A DNA stretch of 64,000 nucleotides. Source: Lama glama (Eukaryota). A program made the translations under genes and the position numbers. The first letter of the stretch is position 1. Each line of letters starts with the position of its first letter. The stretch spans positions 8,496,001 to 8,560,000 of the forward strand of contig CM052817.1 in NCBI GenBank assembly GCA_028534125.1, in the 5' to 3' direction. Positions 38,829 to 53,097 of the stretch are shown here, piece after piece. The notes under the pieces are model-generated. The model did no database searches, was not told the DNA's origin, and saw only the letters and a list, made by a program, of their open reading frames with translations.

Positions 38829-40474
38829 TGCAATGGACTCAATGTTATGTCCTCCTAAAATTCACACTTGAAACATCCTAAACATGATGTTGGTAGGAGG
38901 TGAGGTCTTTGGGATGTAATTAAGTCACAATGGTGGAGCCTTCATGAACAGAATTAGTCCCCTTATAAAAGGGACCTCAGAACCTAAATGTAAGACCAGA
39001 TACCATAAAACACCTAGAGGAAAACATAGGCAGAACACTGACATAAATCTCAGCAATATATTTTTTTGAACCAGCTCCTAAAGTAATGGAAATAAAAGCA
39101 AAAATAAACAAACGGGACCTAATTAACCTTAAGAGCTTTTGCACATTCAAAGATAACATAAAGAAAATGAAAAGGCAACCTACAGAATGGGAAAAAATAT
39201 TTGCAAATGATATAACTGACAAGGGACTAATTTCCAAAACATACAAGCAGTTCATACAGCTTAATATGGAAAACAAAAAACAAACAAAAAAACAAAAAAA
39301 CAAGCAACACAAGTGAAAATGGGCAGAGGACCTAAATAGACATTTCTCCAAAGAAGACATCCAGATGGTCAACAGGCACATGAGAAGATGCTCAATATCA
39401 CTAATTATTAGAGAAATGCATGTCAAAACTACAATGAAGTATCACCTCACACAAGTCAGAATGGCCATCATTAAAAAGTTTACAGATAATAAATGCTGAA
39501 GAGAGTATGGAGAAAAAGGAACCCACTTACACTATTGGTGCAAATGTAAATTGGTGTAGCCATTGTGGAGGACAGTATGGAGATTCCTCAAAAGACTAAA
39601 AATAGACTTACCATATGACCCAGCAATCCCAATCCTGGGCATATACCCAAAGGGAAACTTAATTCAAAAAGACACCTGCACCCCAGTGTTCATAGCAGCA
39701 CTATTTACAATAACCAAGACATGGAAACAACCTAAATGTCCATCAACAGATGAAAGGATAAAGAAGATATGGCATATATATATATATATAATGGAATATT
39801 ATTCAGCCATAAAAATAATGAAATAATGCCATTTGCAGCAACATGGATGGACCTGGAGATTGTCATATTAACTTAAGTAAGTCAGACAGAGAAAGACAAA
39901 TATCACATGAAGTTGATTATACGTGGAATCCAAAAAATTTTAAAGAGATACAAATTTTATTTACAAACCAGAAATAGATTCACAGACACAGAAAACAAAC
40001 TGGTCAGTGGGGGCAAGGTGGTAGGAGGGCTAATTAGGAGTTTGGGATTAATAGATATACACACTACTATATATAAAATAGATAAATAACAAGGTCCTAC
40101 CATACAGGGAACTATATTAGATTTCTTGTGATGAGTTGTAATAAAAAAGAATCTGAAAAAAAATATATATATATGTATAACTGAATGGCTTTGCTGTACA
40201 CAAGAAACTAACATTGTAAATTGACTACACTTCAATAAAAAAATAAGAATAAAAAAAAAAGGAACCTCAAAGGGCTCTCTCAAATTTTTCCACTACGTGA
40301 AAATACAGTGAGAAAACGGCCATCTGCAACCCAAAAGAGGGCCCTCACCAGAACCTGATCATGCTGTCACTCTGATCTGGAACTTTCAGCCTCTGGAGCT
40401 GAGAGGAATACATTTCTGTTGTTTATAAGCTACCCAGTTTACGGTACTTCATTGTTGCATCCAGAACTAAGACA
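38829..40474 (+). mobile_element. MLT1A-like LTR split by an L1 insertion
   Basis: 5' half 38829-38979 (tgcaatggactcaatgtt...); 3' half 40270-40474, ending gaactaagaca. Confidence 0.85.
38980..40256 (+). mobile_element. 5'-truncated L1 (ORF2 C-terminus, 3' UTR, poly-A)
   Basis: [30 protein letters not shown] and [25 protein letters not shown] aaaagg(g/a)acctca at 38967-38979 / 40257-40269. Confidence 0.95.
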
Positions 40475-42170
40475 CTTACTAATCAGGACAGAAGCTCTAA
40501 TTGTTAACATTGCTATAAAAAAGAAATAATACATTTAGAGTAATTAGACCACAACCTTGTTCCGGGGACAAAGTGGATGTTGAATACAAAAGTGACTTTA
40601 GCATCAAAGTGCAAAAAGTTTTGCTCTTTGCTGCTCATCAGCTGAACATTAGAAATGTTTGCGCTTTTGAAGAGCAATTGCAAATCCACCTAAGTGCCCT
40701 AAGTGAATTTGTTCATCCTTCAATCAGTAATTTCTCTCATTCTTTTTATAGTGTGACTAATTCACCACGTAAGAATGATCCTACAAGATTACCATCATTT
40801 TGTAGGGTATGTCCTCCTAAAGGTAGCCCACTGTTTTAGCTTGCTCTTGTGTACTTGAACAGAGTCCTTGGGACATGTTTGACTTTTGCCTCACCCAGTG
40901 ATTTTGGAACATAATTCTTATAAAAATACAAGTATTGCATGATAAGTTAATAACTTCATAAGGCTGTGTTACAGAATGGGCAAGCTTGATATCAGTGAGT
41001 GAAAGACTTATTGAACACAAGCTCAGTGTGAATAATCAGGCTCATTGGGTGTTTGTGAGAACCCTTCTCTGGGTTTGTGACTGATACCATGACAAAGTGG
41101 GGGATCAGGGCAGCAGTGGGGTGTTCATGTTAAGATCAGAGGTCAGACCACCCATCCAACAGGAGGGCACTCTTACTGAACAGTTGTGCTTGCCCAGGGT
41201 GTGGTGATACATCTTGAACTGAGGCAGTAGTAGCAACAAAGGAGGCTCTTTGCCGGAAAAGTATGACTCAACCTCTTTTGAGGTTGGGATTTTGCTTCTT
41301 CCAAATGAAGATCCCCGGGTTTGCCCATTAGGAGATTTGATTCTATGGTAATTAAAAAAAAAACAAAACAACTGTAAGATACAGCAATGATTGTAGGAAA
41401 CACTGTGTAAGAGGAAAGAGTATGGGGCTTGCCATTTGACAGTGTCCATGTACCATTTACTAGATGAGTATTCTGGAAATGAAAGCCAGACATGTCTACC
41501 CTTTCATATGGTGCAAAGAGCAAGGATTTGGGTGGTGAGAGGCTTGGTGGGCTCTTTGGGTCTGGTTTTCCACTTACCAGCCTCTGTCTGTTTATTTGCA
41601 CAATAGTTTTTCACACACATACACAATAGTTTCACCATTCATACTTGTGCACCTTATTTAACAAATATTTCCCCACCAGTCCATTTAAACTTATCCCCAC
41701 TGAAAATAGTGCAGAATTCATTGTATGAATAAATTTTAATCAGTCTTCAGTGGACAGACATAAAATTGTTTTCATCTTTCTGCTGAAGCAGACCTTTCAG
41801 TTGGTACATTTTGTCATATGTTTGCATGTATATATTAGAGAGTAAATGCCTAGAAATGGAATTATTGAGTAAATAGAAAAATCTATTTTATTTTCTAAAG
41901 ATATGGCACAATTATCCTCTAAGTGCTGACAGGGGTGCAGACTAATTAAGCATTATAATACACTGATGGTGGGAATGTAAATTAGTGTGGAGTTGCGGGA
42001 TAGTTTATTTTAAATTGCTTATATATTAAAATACCCTTCAACAAATTGCCTTATTGCCTGTTTGTGTATCTTCTAGACAGCTTATTTTAGACATTCCTTT
42101 AAAAAGTACAATAGCCCAAATTTAGATACTTGACTGATACTTCAATGAATTGTTTGAAAAATTTGTTTGT

Positions 42171-42606
42171 GTGATTACCAAGGCATGAAAACAACCTAAG
42201 ATCCATGAACAGATGAAAAGATAAAGAAGAAATGGAGTACTACTCAGCCATAAAAAGAATAAAATTTTGCCATTTGCAACAACATGGATGGACCTAGCAT
42301 AATGCTAAGTGAAATAAGTCAAAGAAAGATAAATACTGTATGATATTGCTTATATGCAGAATCTAAAAGATGCAACAAACCAGTGAATACAACATGAAAG
42401 AAGCAGACACAGATATAGAGAATAAACTAGTGATTACCAGTGCAGGGAGGGGCAATATAGGGGTCAGTGAGTGGGCGGTACAAACTATTGGGTGTAAGAC
42501 AGGCTCAAGGATATATTGTACAACATAGGGAATATGGCCAACATTTTTAATAACTGTAAATGGAAAGTATTATTTAAATTTGTATAAAAATACAAAATTA
42601 AATTTA
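42171..42606 (+). mobile_element. 5'-truncated L1 3' end
   Basis: tactactcagccataaaaagaat...ccatttgcaacaacatggatggacct; degenerate TSD at 42157-42170 / 42607-42620. Confidence 0.8.
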
Positions 42607-43256
42607 AAAACTTTGCTTGTTTTTGTTCTAGATTGGTATCTACTTAGCCCTGTCTTTTTTTTTTTTTCAGCAATGCAGGGTCTTACTTAGCTGGTCATTT
42701 AGTCTTCATGAACAGACTGGAAATAATTTGAGTGAATCCTGGCTAGTTCTTCTCTCTTCCGGGTGGAAATGCGGCAGGCTTGCATTCAGGCACTTGTTCT
42801 AAACTGTCTCCTCAGTTCTCCCAAACACTTATTTCCCAGCCTTTGACTTCCTGGTCTCTCGGGCACACAGTTCTGTATGCTACAGAAAACATAGGCAAGT
42901 TGTACTCGAGGCATGTCACCGGGAGAAACTGTACCAAGCTGATCACTTCTCCGTATTTGCACAAAGATCAACAGAGAGGAATGGTATTCAAGGAGGATTG
43001 TTTGAGATACACCAGCCCATCCTCTTTCAGCTATCCTTAAATATACACCTACATCACATAGAATAACCAAAGAACTTTTTCTAAGGCCTTGCCTTGAAGG
43101 ATTTTTTAAAAAACTGGATTTCATCTTGCTACAATTTCTATTCAGCCTATTTTGATATTACAAGAAACAGCCACCAGAAACTTCAGTGGGATTTGTAGTA
43201 AGGAAGTTGTACAGGTCACTGTATTCATCATGTCTTCCTTTCTTTCTTCCTTTCTT

Positions 43257-43356
43257 NNNNNNNNNNNNNNNNNNNNNNNNNNNNNNNNNNNNNNNNNNNN
43301 NNNNNNNNNNNNNNNNNNNNNNNNNNNNNNNNNNNNNNNNNNNNNNNNNNNNNNNN
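43257..43356. other. Assembly gap (100 N) flanked by CTTT/CCTT microsatellite
   Basis: Seen directly; the true size is unknown. Confidence 0.99.
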
Positions 43357-45380
43357 CTTCTTTCCTTCCTTTCCTTTCCTTTCTTTCTTTCTTTTAAATG
43401 AGAACCCCTAGAAGAAATTCCTATAGAATCTTAGCATCAAGGAAAGTTGGAATTCTCCTGAGTCATTGGCTTATTTTTATTTCATGAATCCTTTGAATCT
43501 TGTAACAGATAAGTTTTCCATTGTTGTGTTGCTTGATAAAAAGCTGAGAGCTAAATTTTTAATTCATCCACACAGTAGGTTTTACTTATGGAGTGATTCT
43601 TTCAAGACTTCAGGAGCGCGAGGCTCCATCTTGTCTCATTCAACAAGGCTTACTCATTTTAAGGCCCCTCGTTGTGTGGGTATTTGCAATAACATGATTC
43701 TTTGATACTCTGACCTACCTGAGGGCCATGAGAAAAGCAAGACCAAGTGCCACCAAAAATTTCAATCACTCATACTAAATAAGTGTATTTATTTGCAATC
43801 CCAAACAAATCATATTTTGATCTCTCTTTTGGCTCCACTCAGCTTTCCTCAGGGTGGTTTGCATCACCTTTGCAGGGTTTTACAAGACTGCCTATTTCAG
43901 CCTTTTTTTTGTTTTTCATTCCATATCTTTTTAAGATAAGTACTTTGAGGTTGTCAGTTAATCCTTACTCAGCTTTGGCTTTAATAGAATTTGATGTTCT
44001 TCCAAGCGTGTGCAAGTCATGTTATGCTTGTGTGATAAAAGTTACACAATCAGATGTTAATTTTCTCTTATAGACACCATTTTTTTCTGTTACTTTTGCA
44101 GCAAGCTTATTTCTCCTCCAAAATCAGTCTATCTTTTCCTAAAAAAAACATTATTCTAATTCACAGAAACTAATATGCTTTATTGTTAGTTTTACCCCAA
44201 CAGATACGTAGGCCATTATAATATGCTTTCTTGTGCTTTTACCAGCTTCACTTTGTCCCTGTCCTTGCTTGGCAATTTTATCTCTACCTTTAGTGTCTGC
44301 AATTCTGTTAGCTCTTAAGGTATCTTGTAAGTTGCCAAAAAACATCTCTGGAAATTTGTGGGAATAAAGATAAGCACACAACTGATGTTTATTTTGGCCC
44401 ATGAGGAGTCATCATGTGAAGGAATAATATTTTCTAGAGATACATTTAAATCTTCATTGGAACACATGTTAGTCTAAATTTCTCACTCAAATTTTCTTAA
44501 GGTTCTGAAGGACTACAATTTCATGTGTTCTGAGATACATCATGAGTAAATTTGAGACAACTTTATGTCTTTCAAGGATGAGACAATTTTCAGGTCAAAA
44601 CATGTACAGTTAAAATCTGCACAATTTAGGGGAGAGTCATTTCATCTTGTCTGGCTCCATTTGGGATAGAATCAATTCACTGGGAAAGAAATAGCATCAC
44701 CGTGATATTCATATTAAACACTTAAACAAGTGTTTTATCCTTAGCCACGTGCTCTACCCTGATAGTAAGAAATTCTAGACCAGGTTGAAAGTAGATTCAT
44801 AAACAGATGAGAGTCAATAAGGATTTATTTTATTTCTGATCTGCAAACTAAATTTGACACTGACAAACATATCAAACAAAGATAGAGAAAAGGCCTTCGT
44901 CCTATTGCAAATTATGAAATTTTAATTTATAATAGCTCTATTCAGAGTAGCTTTGTAGATAGACTTGAATGTTTATGACCAACTGTTATTTGCAGCACTT
45001 GAAGGTTTTTGGTGACAGGATGGCTCTACCAAGTGAAGGAAGGAGTCAAATAACTTAACACCTGCTAATCACACTGATCCCAGATCACCCAAATACCAGG
45101 AGTTCCTTTGTAGCATGACTATATTGTAAACTAGAAGAAGTAGTTAATACAGTGATCAAGTTTCATAAAGCATTTTGTCTTTGGGAAGACAAAATACCGT
45201 GGCACCGAGAGCAAACCAGTGCCTCCACCACAATGAATGATTTCCTCAAACTCTCAGAAAAGCCGACCACTTCAGTCTTTGCTCGCATGGCATGGTGTAG
45301 GACGCTCATTTTTATTGAGTAACCAAAACTCATGATTACCTCTCTCTGATCATGTCTGCTAGATTATGAGTTCCTTGAGG

Positions 45381-45806
45381 ATGCCGTTGCTGCTCTGCCC
45401 AGGTTCCCCCCAGGCCCCTTTTACTCTGTCTGTATCTCTGCCCCAGATTCCATGTGTCTTTGCTTCTCAGGACCTACATTGAAACCCTAGGTTACTGGAG
45501 CTGGTTTGTGTGCAGTGTACAACCCCTTGTCAATGACTGACGTGTAGGAATCTGAAAGACCGGCTCCCTTGCTCTGAATTGGGTCCAGCTCTGGAATTTA
45601 ACTTATATTCCAAGGCTCTGCAGGATCAGGGTGTAGCAATCTTTTGTGGGGCTTTGCCTGAAACCGCATCCTTGTTTGACTTCATCCCTTCTCTTCTCTG
45701 TTTCTTCTACTCACTTTACTGGTTCTTGCTAGGGACACTTACTTAAGAGTCATATGCACAGGAATCCTGTCTCAGGGTCTCCTCTTGGAGAATCTGACCA
45801 TGATCA
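45381..45806 (+). mobile_element. LTR16-like ERVL LTR inserted in L2
   Basis: caatgactgac, ctcccttgc, 3' end aatcctgtctcagggtctcctcttggagaatctgacc. Confidence 0.7.
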
Positions 45807-48800
45807 GCATTCTTTTATTCATCTTGGTTTTCCCAGACACAGTAGGGGCTTAGCAAATACTTGTGGAATTAATGAATGAGAAGCTCAGGACATATTCAGA
45901 AGTAGAAACTTGGCAAATATATAAGTGCCTGCCTTTGCTAGGGGTGGTCTGATAAATTTTCTCCAAATCCTGAGCTGAGTTCATGATACACAATCTGATG
46001 GAGAGGAGCTTTGCTCTTGTTCTGTTCAGGTGATTGACTGACATACTACAGGTGTAAAAATGATGCTCCAGACAGTCTTATTATGGCAGGTGGCACAGCT
46101 TCGTGTTCACTTGGAGTGAAACTCCTCTCTGGCTTTGCTGATAAAGGTAAGCAAATAATACATAACACAGAATGGTATGGAGGAAGTGATTTCTGAAAAG
46201 CACTGTTCCTGAGAATAAATCTGCACACACGTAGTAAAGGGAAAGAAGGGCAAAGACGTTATCTATGTCCCTTCTTGTCTGTGTCGGTCTTCTTCTTAAT
46301 TCTCTTTAAGGACTTTACAGTCCCTACCAGTCAAGTCCAAGATTCTTATGGCCCCCAGGGTTCCCAATCCTGTGGGCCTGCCTGACATCTCAGCATCATC
46401 TCCTGTCACTCCTTCCTTTGTGCTTGACCTCCATGCCATCTAATGCTGGATATCCCTCCCTACATCATACTGTTCCTCATCTTTATGTCTTTGCTCATGC
46501 CCTTTCCTCTTTCTGGGATGAGCCCACCTAACAAAGCCACCTTTAGGAGCCATCCTAGTTACCATTTCCCATATGTGTTAGGTGTCCTGGTCAGGTTCTC
46601 ACAGCACCCCATGCACACATCTATCATTGAACGTATGTGTTTTAAAAACACATGGATCTTTCCTTTCTAGATGAGAGGTCCTTCACCTTGTATCTTATTC
46701 CCCCTGAATTCCTACTAGCAAGGGCAGGAAAAGAGCAGCCTTAATGTTGGTTAAACCAATCATTTAATCACATTGATATTTATCTGTATTATCATATACT
46801 CTTGGTAAATCCATCATAATTTGGGTTATACAACTTGGGTTATGTTTCCATATTACATCAATAGTGGAGAGGAGGCTAGAGGAATGAGGTCATGTGATCA
46901 ATAGCCAGAATTTATACTCCCTGGTGATTTGAGAAAAAAAAATTGGAATACGTAAGAAGTCTTCATTCCTAAGCAAGGTATGCTAAAGGTATTAACAGGC
47001 TTTTCTCAGAATTTCTTATCTCAGAACTATGATAGGAATAGGAAGTAGATAAAGGTCAAGATGACCACAAGGGCAGGAGGGAGAGCCTAGATGGCCAAGA
47101 AAACAGGAGGTAAGTGGTAGAGCAGAGCCTGAGGTTGATTGAGTCAAAACACAAGTTGGACCATTTGTGAGAATTAGAATGTTTGGTAGGGGTTAAGAGA
47201 TTCAAAAGAAGGCATAACGAGGAATAGAGAAAATGTTTTATACAATATATAGAGTTGTCCTAGACATAATCTTGTCATGCGAGAGCCATCCTAAAGCTTT
47301 CATTGACTTGAGTCCAAATTAAAGACATTTCCCTTTAAAGCTGGTTTTGAACAGAAGCTCTATGTATTGCTTGGCAATTACAAAACATATTCAGAGTCAA
47401 AATATATGTAGATCTTAAGAACTAGGGTGGGCAATAGGACCACTTGTTGATGGCAGAATGATGAGGTAGAGGAAGCCTAGATTCCTGAATTGTCAGATCT
47501 AGAAGAGCTTCTGTTGACCTGAACAAGAGGTAAATTTCTGTTCTGTTAAATCAATGAAATGTCAGGTTAATTTGTTACCACAGTGAGTATGCCCTATTCT
47601 AACTAAAGTGGAGCAAGTATTAAGCCACTAATTAAATTTCAGTGTTATCTAGAATATATTCTATGGCCTTAATGCAGTTAATTTACAAATCAATAGTGTA
47701 AATATAGTTTAAAATTCTTTAAATGTAAAAAATAAGTACCACACAACTAAATAATTTTAAATTATAAAGAAAATTACAAAAACTATAAAATACTTGGAAA
47801 TAACAGTCAACAAAAACATCACATGTCAAAAGTTGTGGGACACAGCTAGAGCATATTAGTAATTTTTATAATATTATAACTTCAAATGTATTTATAGGAA
47901 ACTAGAAAGATTAACAACAAATATGCTAGCTTTGAAACTAAAGGAGTTAGAAATTAGATATGTTCCTTCTAAGATTAAAAGCAAATAATCACAATGACTA
48001 TTTGCACAGACCAGAAGTTTTGTCACTCATTCTAAGAAAATAAATCAGAGGAATAAAAATCATAAGAGAAAAGAGTGTCATTCATTTAGATGATTTGATC
48101 ATCAGTTTAGAAAAACAAGAATGTGAACAAAAAATTAGAACTAAAAATGTAAACTTAATATATAAAAAAGCATATAATGAAATGCTTAATCTCAGTAAAT
48201 AGAAATTAAAAATGATGGCAGAAAAGATATATTACTTTACAATTATCTGATTTTCAAAAATTATAATGCTGTCATAATTCCAGGCACACTAAGCAGGTTG
48301 GTGTTCAGAAACCTGGTGTCATGTAGCCGTTAGTCACATCTTCCTCTGACACTTTGCCTGGTGTCCTCTGGACTGGCTTCTAACATCTGGGGTTACAGGG
48401 AAGGGACGTTAGAATTGGATTTGCTTAGAGCCACCTTCACCTTTCTAGTAAATAGCCTGATAATTCATATGGAATTTGGGAAGTGATTTGTGTGCACATT
48501 TCTCACTTGAAAAACTTTCATCAGTCCTAGGTTTTTCAGATGGCTGTGGAAGAATTAGAGGATTTTTGCCTCTTGCATTTTTCCTTTTGATTAGGATAGA
48601 GCAAAACTTCCTAGGCTTTAAGCATTGTTTCCCAAATGAAATATTCTCTTCTTTATTGCCTTTGACATTTGTTGCTATCAGATCTCCCTTTTTTTTAATG
48701 TGTATAAACTTCTTATTTGATTTGACCTGGTTCTGAATTGAGAAATTGATTCAGAGGGACCTCCGCCTTTGGAAATGATACTGAATGAAATCATTATGCT

Positions 48801-51800
48801 AACATATGCTGAAACTTAAAACTGCAAATGCAGGGAAAGAAAATGGTCTTGTAGCTACTTCCTTCATTTAGAAGATTGGAGACATGAGGCTTTATTTTAA
48901 TAAAACGCAGTGTATTTGCAGCTGGTGCTGGGGCAAAATCAAGATACGTTAGGAGAAATTGACATTAAGAGGGCAATATAACAGATGGATGGAAAAATGA
49001 ATTTTTATCAAGATAATCCATTAGTGTTCTGCAACCAGGCAGAGGAGAATAGTGACCCGGAACAAATCAAGAAGAATGATGCTTGACTTGTGTTTGCTTG
49101 TTCTAAAGGGTGACCCGTATTTATAATCTTTAATTAGAAATGCATTTGTTTCTGGTTGATTGGATACATTTTCCAACTATGGTTGTTTTTCTTTTTTTTT
49201 TTTGTGGGGTTGGGGAGGGGGATGGTGGAGGTGGTTTGGTGCAAAGGATTTGGTTCATCAAATTAGATTAAATAAAAAGAGAGAAAACAAGTCCAGTGGA
49301 GTGAGGCCCCAACTCAATGCCGGAGTTCTTTGCAAAGGAGGAGAATTAACCTCCACGCTAGGGGGAGCTGAGTAGCTCCATCATCAACTATTAACCTCAA
49401 ATAACCTTGGGTAACCTTGGCATCAACACTTAAAAGCAGCTCTAGGACAGACCTTATTTTTAACCTCACATTTTCTCTGTTCCTGACTAGCAAGCTTCCT
49501 GTCTACCCTTTAACTGACCTCTGGAATTAAGAAAGTACTCATTTTTTAATGGGAAGAAAGAAGAAAGGAGAAATAAAATGTGAACAGAATTTCCTTAATT
49601 TTTTTTTTTTTTAATAAACGAGGCTGAAATTGCAAGCCAGTGGGGGTACTATGCCAACTCATTCGGGAAAACTTGGAGCTTTATTGCAGCTGCATTGCTA
49701 AGTTGCTTGCCTCGCTACCATTCATTCATTTAACACGTCTGTTGTTTGCACCTATCACTCCCTTGCTCTGACTGATGTTAGTAACAGTAGCCTGGGAGGT
49801 GGAGGGGAGAGGGAAGTTCCCTCTGACATCACTTAGACTCACCTAGAGTCAGCACAATTGTAACCCACATCCTGCTGTTTGCATTAAAACCCCAGCCTCT
49901 CAATCTTGATCAAAGTCCCGGAATAACTTATCTGTGAACAAAACACAGTCATGTACCTAGAAGGACAGGGGTAAGAAATGGCTAAGGACATTTTAATAAA
50001 ATTTTAAACCTGGAAAGAAACTTTTTTAGATAACCGAATTCTACCTAGCCTAGTATGGAATTAAGGCAGGTGAAAAGACTTGAACTCAACTGGGACACTA
50101 CGTAGCACCAAGTGATGTGCTCACATTTCATTCTAACTTAATTCTGTATGTCAGTGCTTCAAGGGAAGACTATTGCCATGTCCCCACCTCCCAATTTCTT
50201 TTAGATAAGGAAAGTGAGTCTCAAGTATTGTGAAGGATTGCCCAAGTTTTCTTAGCTAGTCAGGATTAGAGTCCAGATCAGAACCCATGAATGCTGGATT
50301 CCAACACCCATGTGTGAATATCTCCTATGTGCAGGGCCACAGTACATTTCCCAAACAGCTGTGGTGGTGACAGCAACATGAGAGAATAGTCCTGAAAGTA
50401 TATCTTTCCCACCAAGCTCTAAGTTGTAAGATATTATTACACCATCAATTCTTCCTATACAGGAAAGACCATGAACTCTGGAAACAAAATAACTGAGTTC
50501 ATTTTAACTACTCACCCATTAAAGTCACATATTCTCTGAGACTCAGCTTTTTTACCTATAAAATGGAAACAATATTTTTACATGCATGATCTGACAGTGT
50601 TGGCAAAGCACATCTGCTGGCACAGATGGCAGGGGCGAGGTGGGCGGGGTGGGGTGGTGCGTGGAGAGGAAGAGCACAAGTACATGTTGGGATATGGGAA
50701 GGAAGGCAGCAGCTGCACCAGAAGACAGACGTCCCTGTGAGACAAGGTGCACTGTGTGACAGTGGTTCAGAGGGGCTGTTGAGAGGAGGGAGACCTTGCT
50801 TCCCACAGCTTGTATTCCAGGCAGGGCCAGCACAGGCTGGGGTGCTCGTTACATGCCAGACCAGCACGTCTTGCGTGATAATAAGTGGTGCCTCTTACCC
50901 GTCTGAGATAGTGGTGTCATTTTAAACGAGGATTTAGTCAGTCTGAATGCAAGGTGGGGCTGATTGTGCATCGTGGATGTATGCTCAGTCTTCTGTGACA
51001 TAAATATGCTTTAGTTTACTGTTGGCATCAGGGAGGAGGGGTGAAGGGGCATCAAGGCCAGAATCTGGGAGGAAGCAGAGTGGGTGAGGGAGATCTCCTG
51101 CATGCACTTGGCTCTTTTTTAGGAAGTCCTTTCAAAAGTGCTGCTCAGAGTCTATTTAGACTGGAACTGGTTGGGACTGGAAATATATAATATCTCCTGA
51201 GCAGCCTCCAACCCGCCTTCCTCATCATAATGAAAATATTTCTTGTGAAGGAATGATGCTTATTATTATGCAGAGATGTTAGTAATTGAACTTGGAGACC
51301 GCTAAAGAATGCTTATATTCCTCTTATTCAAGAAAGCAGGATTCTTAATATTTGTAACTAAGCCTGTCTCAGAACACAGAGGAAAATATTAGATTCAGAT
51401 GTGTGAACAGGCTGCTTGAAAATCTTTTAAGCAAAACCTTTAGGAGAACTTTGGTTGTGAGGCCCCCCTGGACTCAGATGGGCCCTCTGTCTTCCTGGGA
51501 ATGGGAGCTGTCTGGAGAACCAGTTTATATATGCCAGGTTCTAAGCAACTTGAAGCTAATGCCATATCTCATTCATCTTTGTGTGCCCCACAGAACCTAC
51601 CAGTGATAAGTGATTGTTACAAAAAGATGCTGCCACAGACTTGGTGATATTTATGTTTCAGATGCAGAGGAATGCAATGTCTCCAAACAGGGGCTTGGGG
51701 TTGCAAGAAACAATTATTAGTAGCTCTGTCTTCTAAATCATTTTCCTCTGTGAATTAAACTCTCTCCAGATTCCTGTTATTGAGGAGTTTTAAAAGAATT

Positions 51801-52714
51801 TTTCTTATCGCATGGCATTTCAGACCTTTTGTTCCTCCCCGCATTCCCAGCTCTGTTTGATACAAGCGCTGCTACACTTCTAAGGAGAGGGAGGGCTCAC
51901 AGCCTCACAGCTGATGGAGCACACATTGCAATTAAGAGCAAACATTTCCATTTCAGTCACAGCCTGTGGGTGTTTTAAGAAGGGGAAAAAAACTATTAAA
52001 AATATAAATGTCAAACTTCTTGGGGTTTTGATCTATACATTTCATGTGGAGCAAGTTCCTGGCAGAGCTTGGATCGTGAGGCGTTGATAAGGACGCTTTG
52101 CTCCTAAATTGTGAAACAGGCAGAAAATAGCCTGCTGGGTGGTGAGCAAGAGAAGTCAGGCTCCGGCAGGTGCTGAGGCTGGGAAGCCAAGGTGGAGATG
52201 GGGGAGGGTGAGGATGGTCTTGGGGCACGTGGATCGTGGCCAGAGACCAAAAGCAGAGCAAGAAGGTAATTCCTACCCTGTTCCCCACATTAATTTAGCC
52301 TCTGACCATAGAAGGAAGATCTTCTAGTTAAGCTTCTTCCTTTCCCCAGCCCACCTTTCCTCCAACTCTTCTTTCATAGTGGGGAGAGTTGCTCATCAGA
52401 TTGCTCAGCACTCATAATTTAGACAACTTCCCTTTACTAATGGGCAGGATATTATTCTTTAAAATTCATGTGACCTTGCTTTGCTTCCTATTTCAACTTC
52501 CTGGGCATATTTGCATTGGGCAAATTCTTAGCTTTTAACCTCTAGATCAGGCATGACTTGTCATGTGTGCGGAAGCCAATTTCCAGCTTTCTCAGTTCAG
52601 GCTCATGGTCATTTGGCTGAGGCTTGTAGAAGAGGAATTAAAGTTTGATGCAAACATTGAGATGCAGGGATGGAGCTTCCAGAAGACTCACCTCCATGCC
52701 CACACCAAAGCTTG

Positions 52715-53097
52715 TGTTACAGGCTCAACTGTGCTCTGCCCAAATTTCTATGTTGAGGTCCTGATCCCTAGGACCTCAGAATGTGACTGTATATGGATAG
52801 TGAGCTATTCAAGAGGTGATTAATGTAAAACGAGGTCATTAGGGTGGGTCCTAGTTCAATCTGACTAGCATTCTTATAAGAAGAGATTAGGATACAGACA
52901 TGCACGGAGTAAAGACCATGTGAAGACATAGGAAGAAGGGGGCTGTCTGCAAGCCAAGGAGAGGGAGCCCTCAGAAGAAACCGACCCTGCCAACATCTTT
53001 ATCTTGGACTTCCAGACTCTAGAATTCTGAGGAAATAGATTTCTGTTCTTCTTATGCCCTCAGTCTGTGCTAATTTGTTAGGGCAGCCCCAGTGAAT
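52715..53097 (+). mobile_element. MLT1B/C MaLR LTR
   Basis: cctcagaatgtgactgtat...gaggtcattagggtggg..ctgcaagccaaggagag..atcttggacttccag. Confidence 0.88.
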
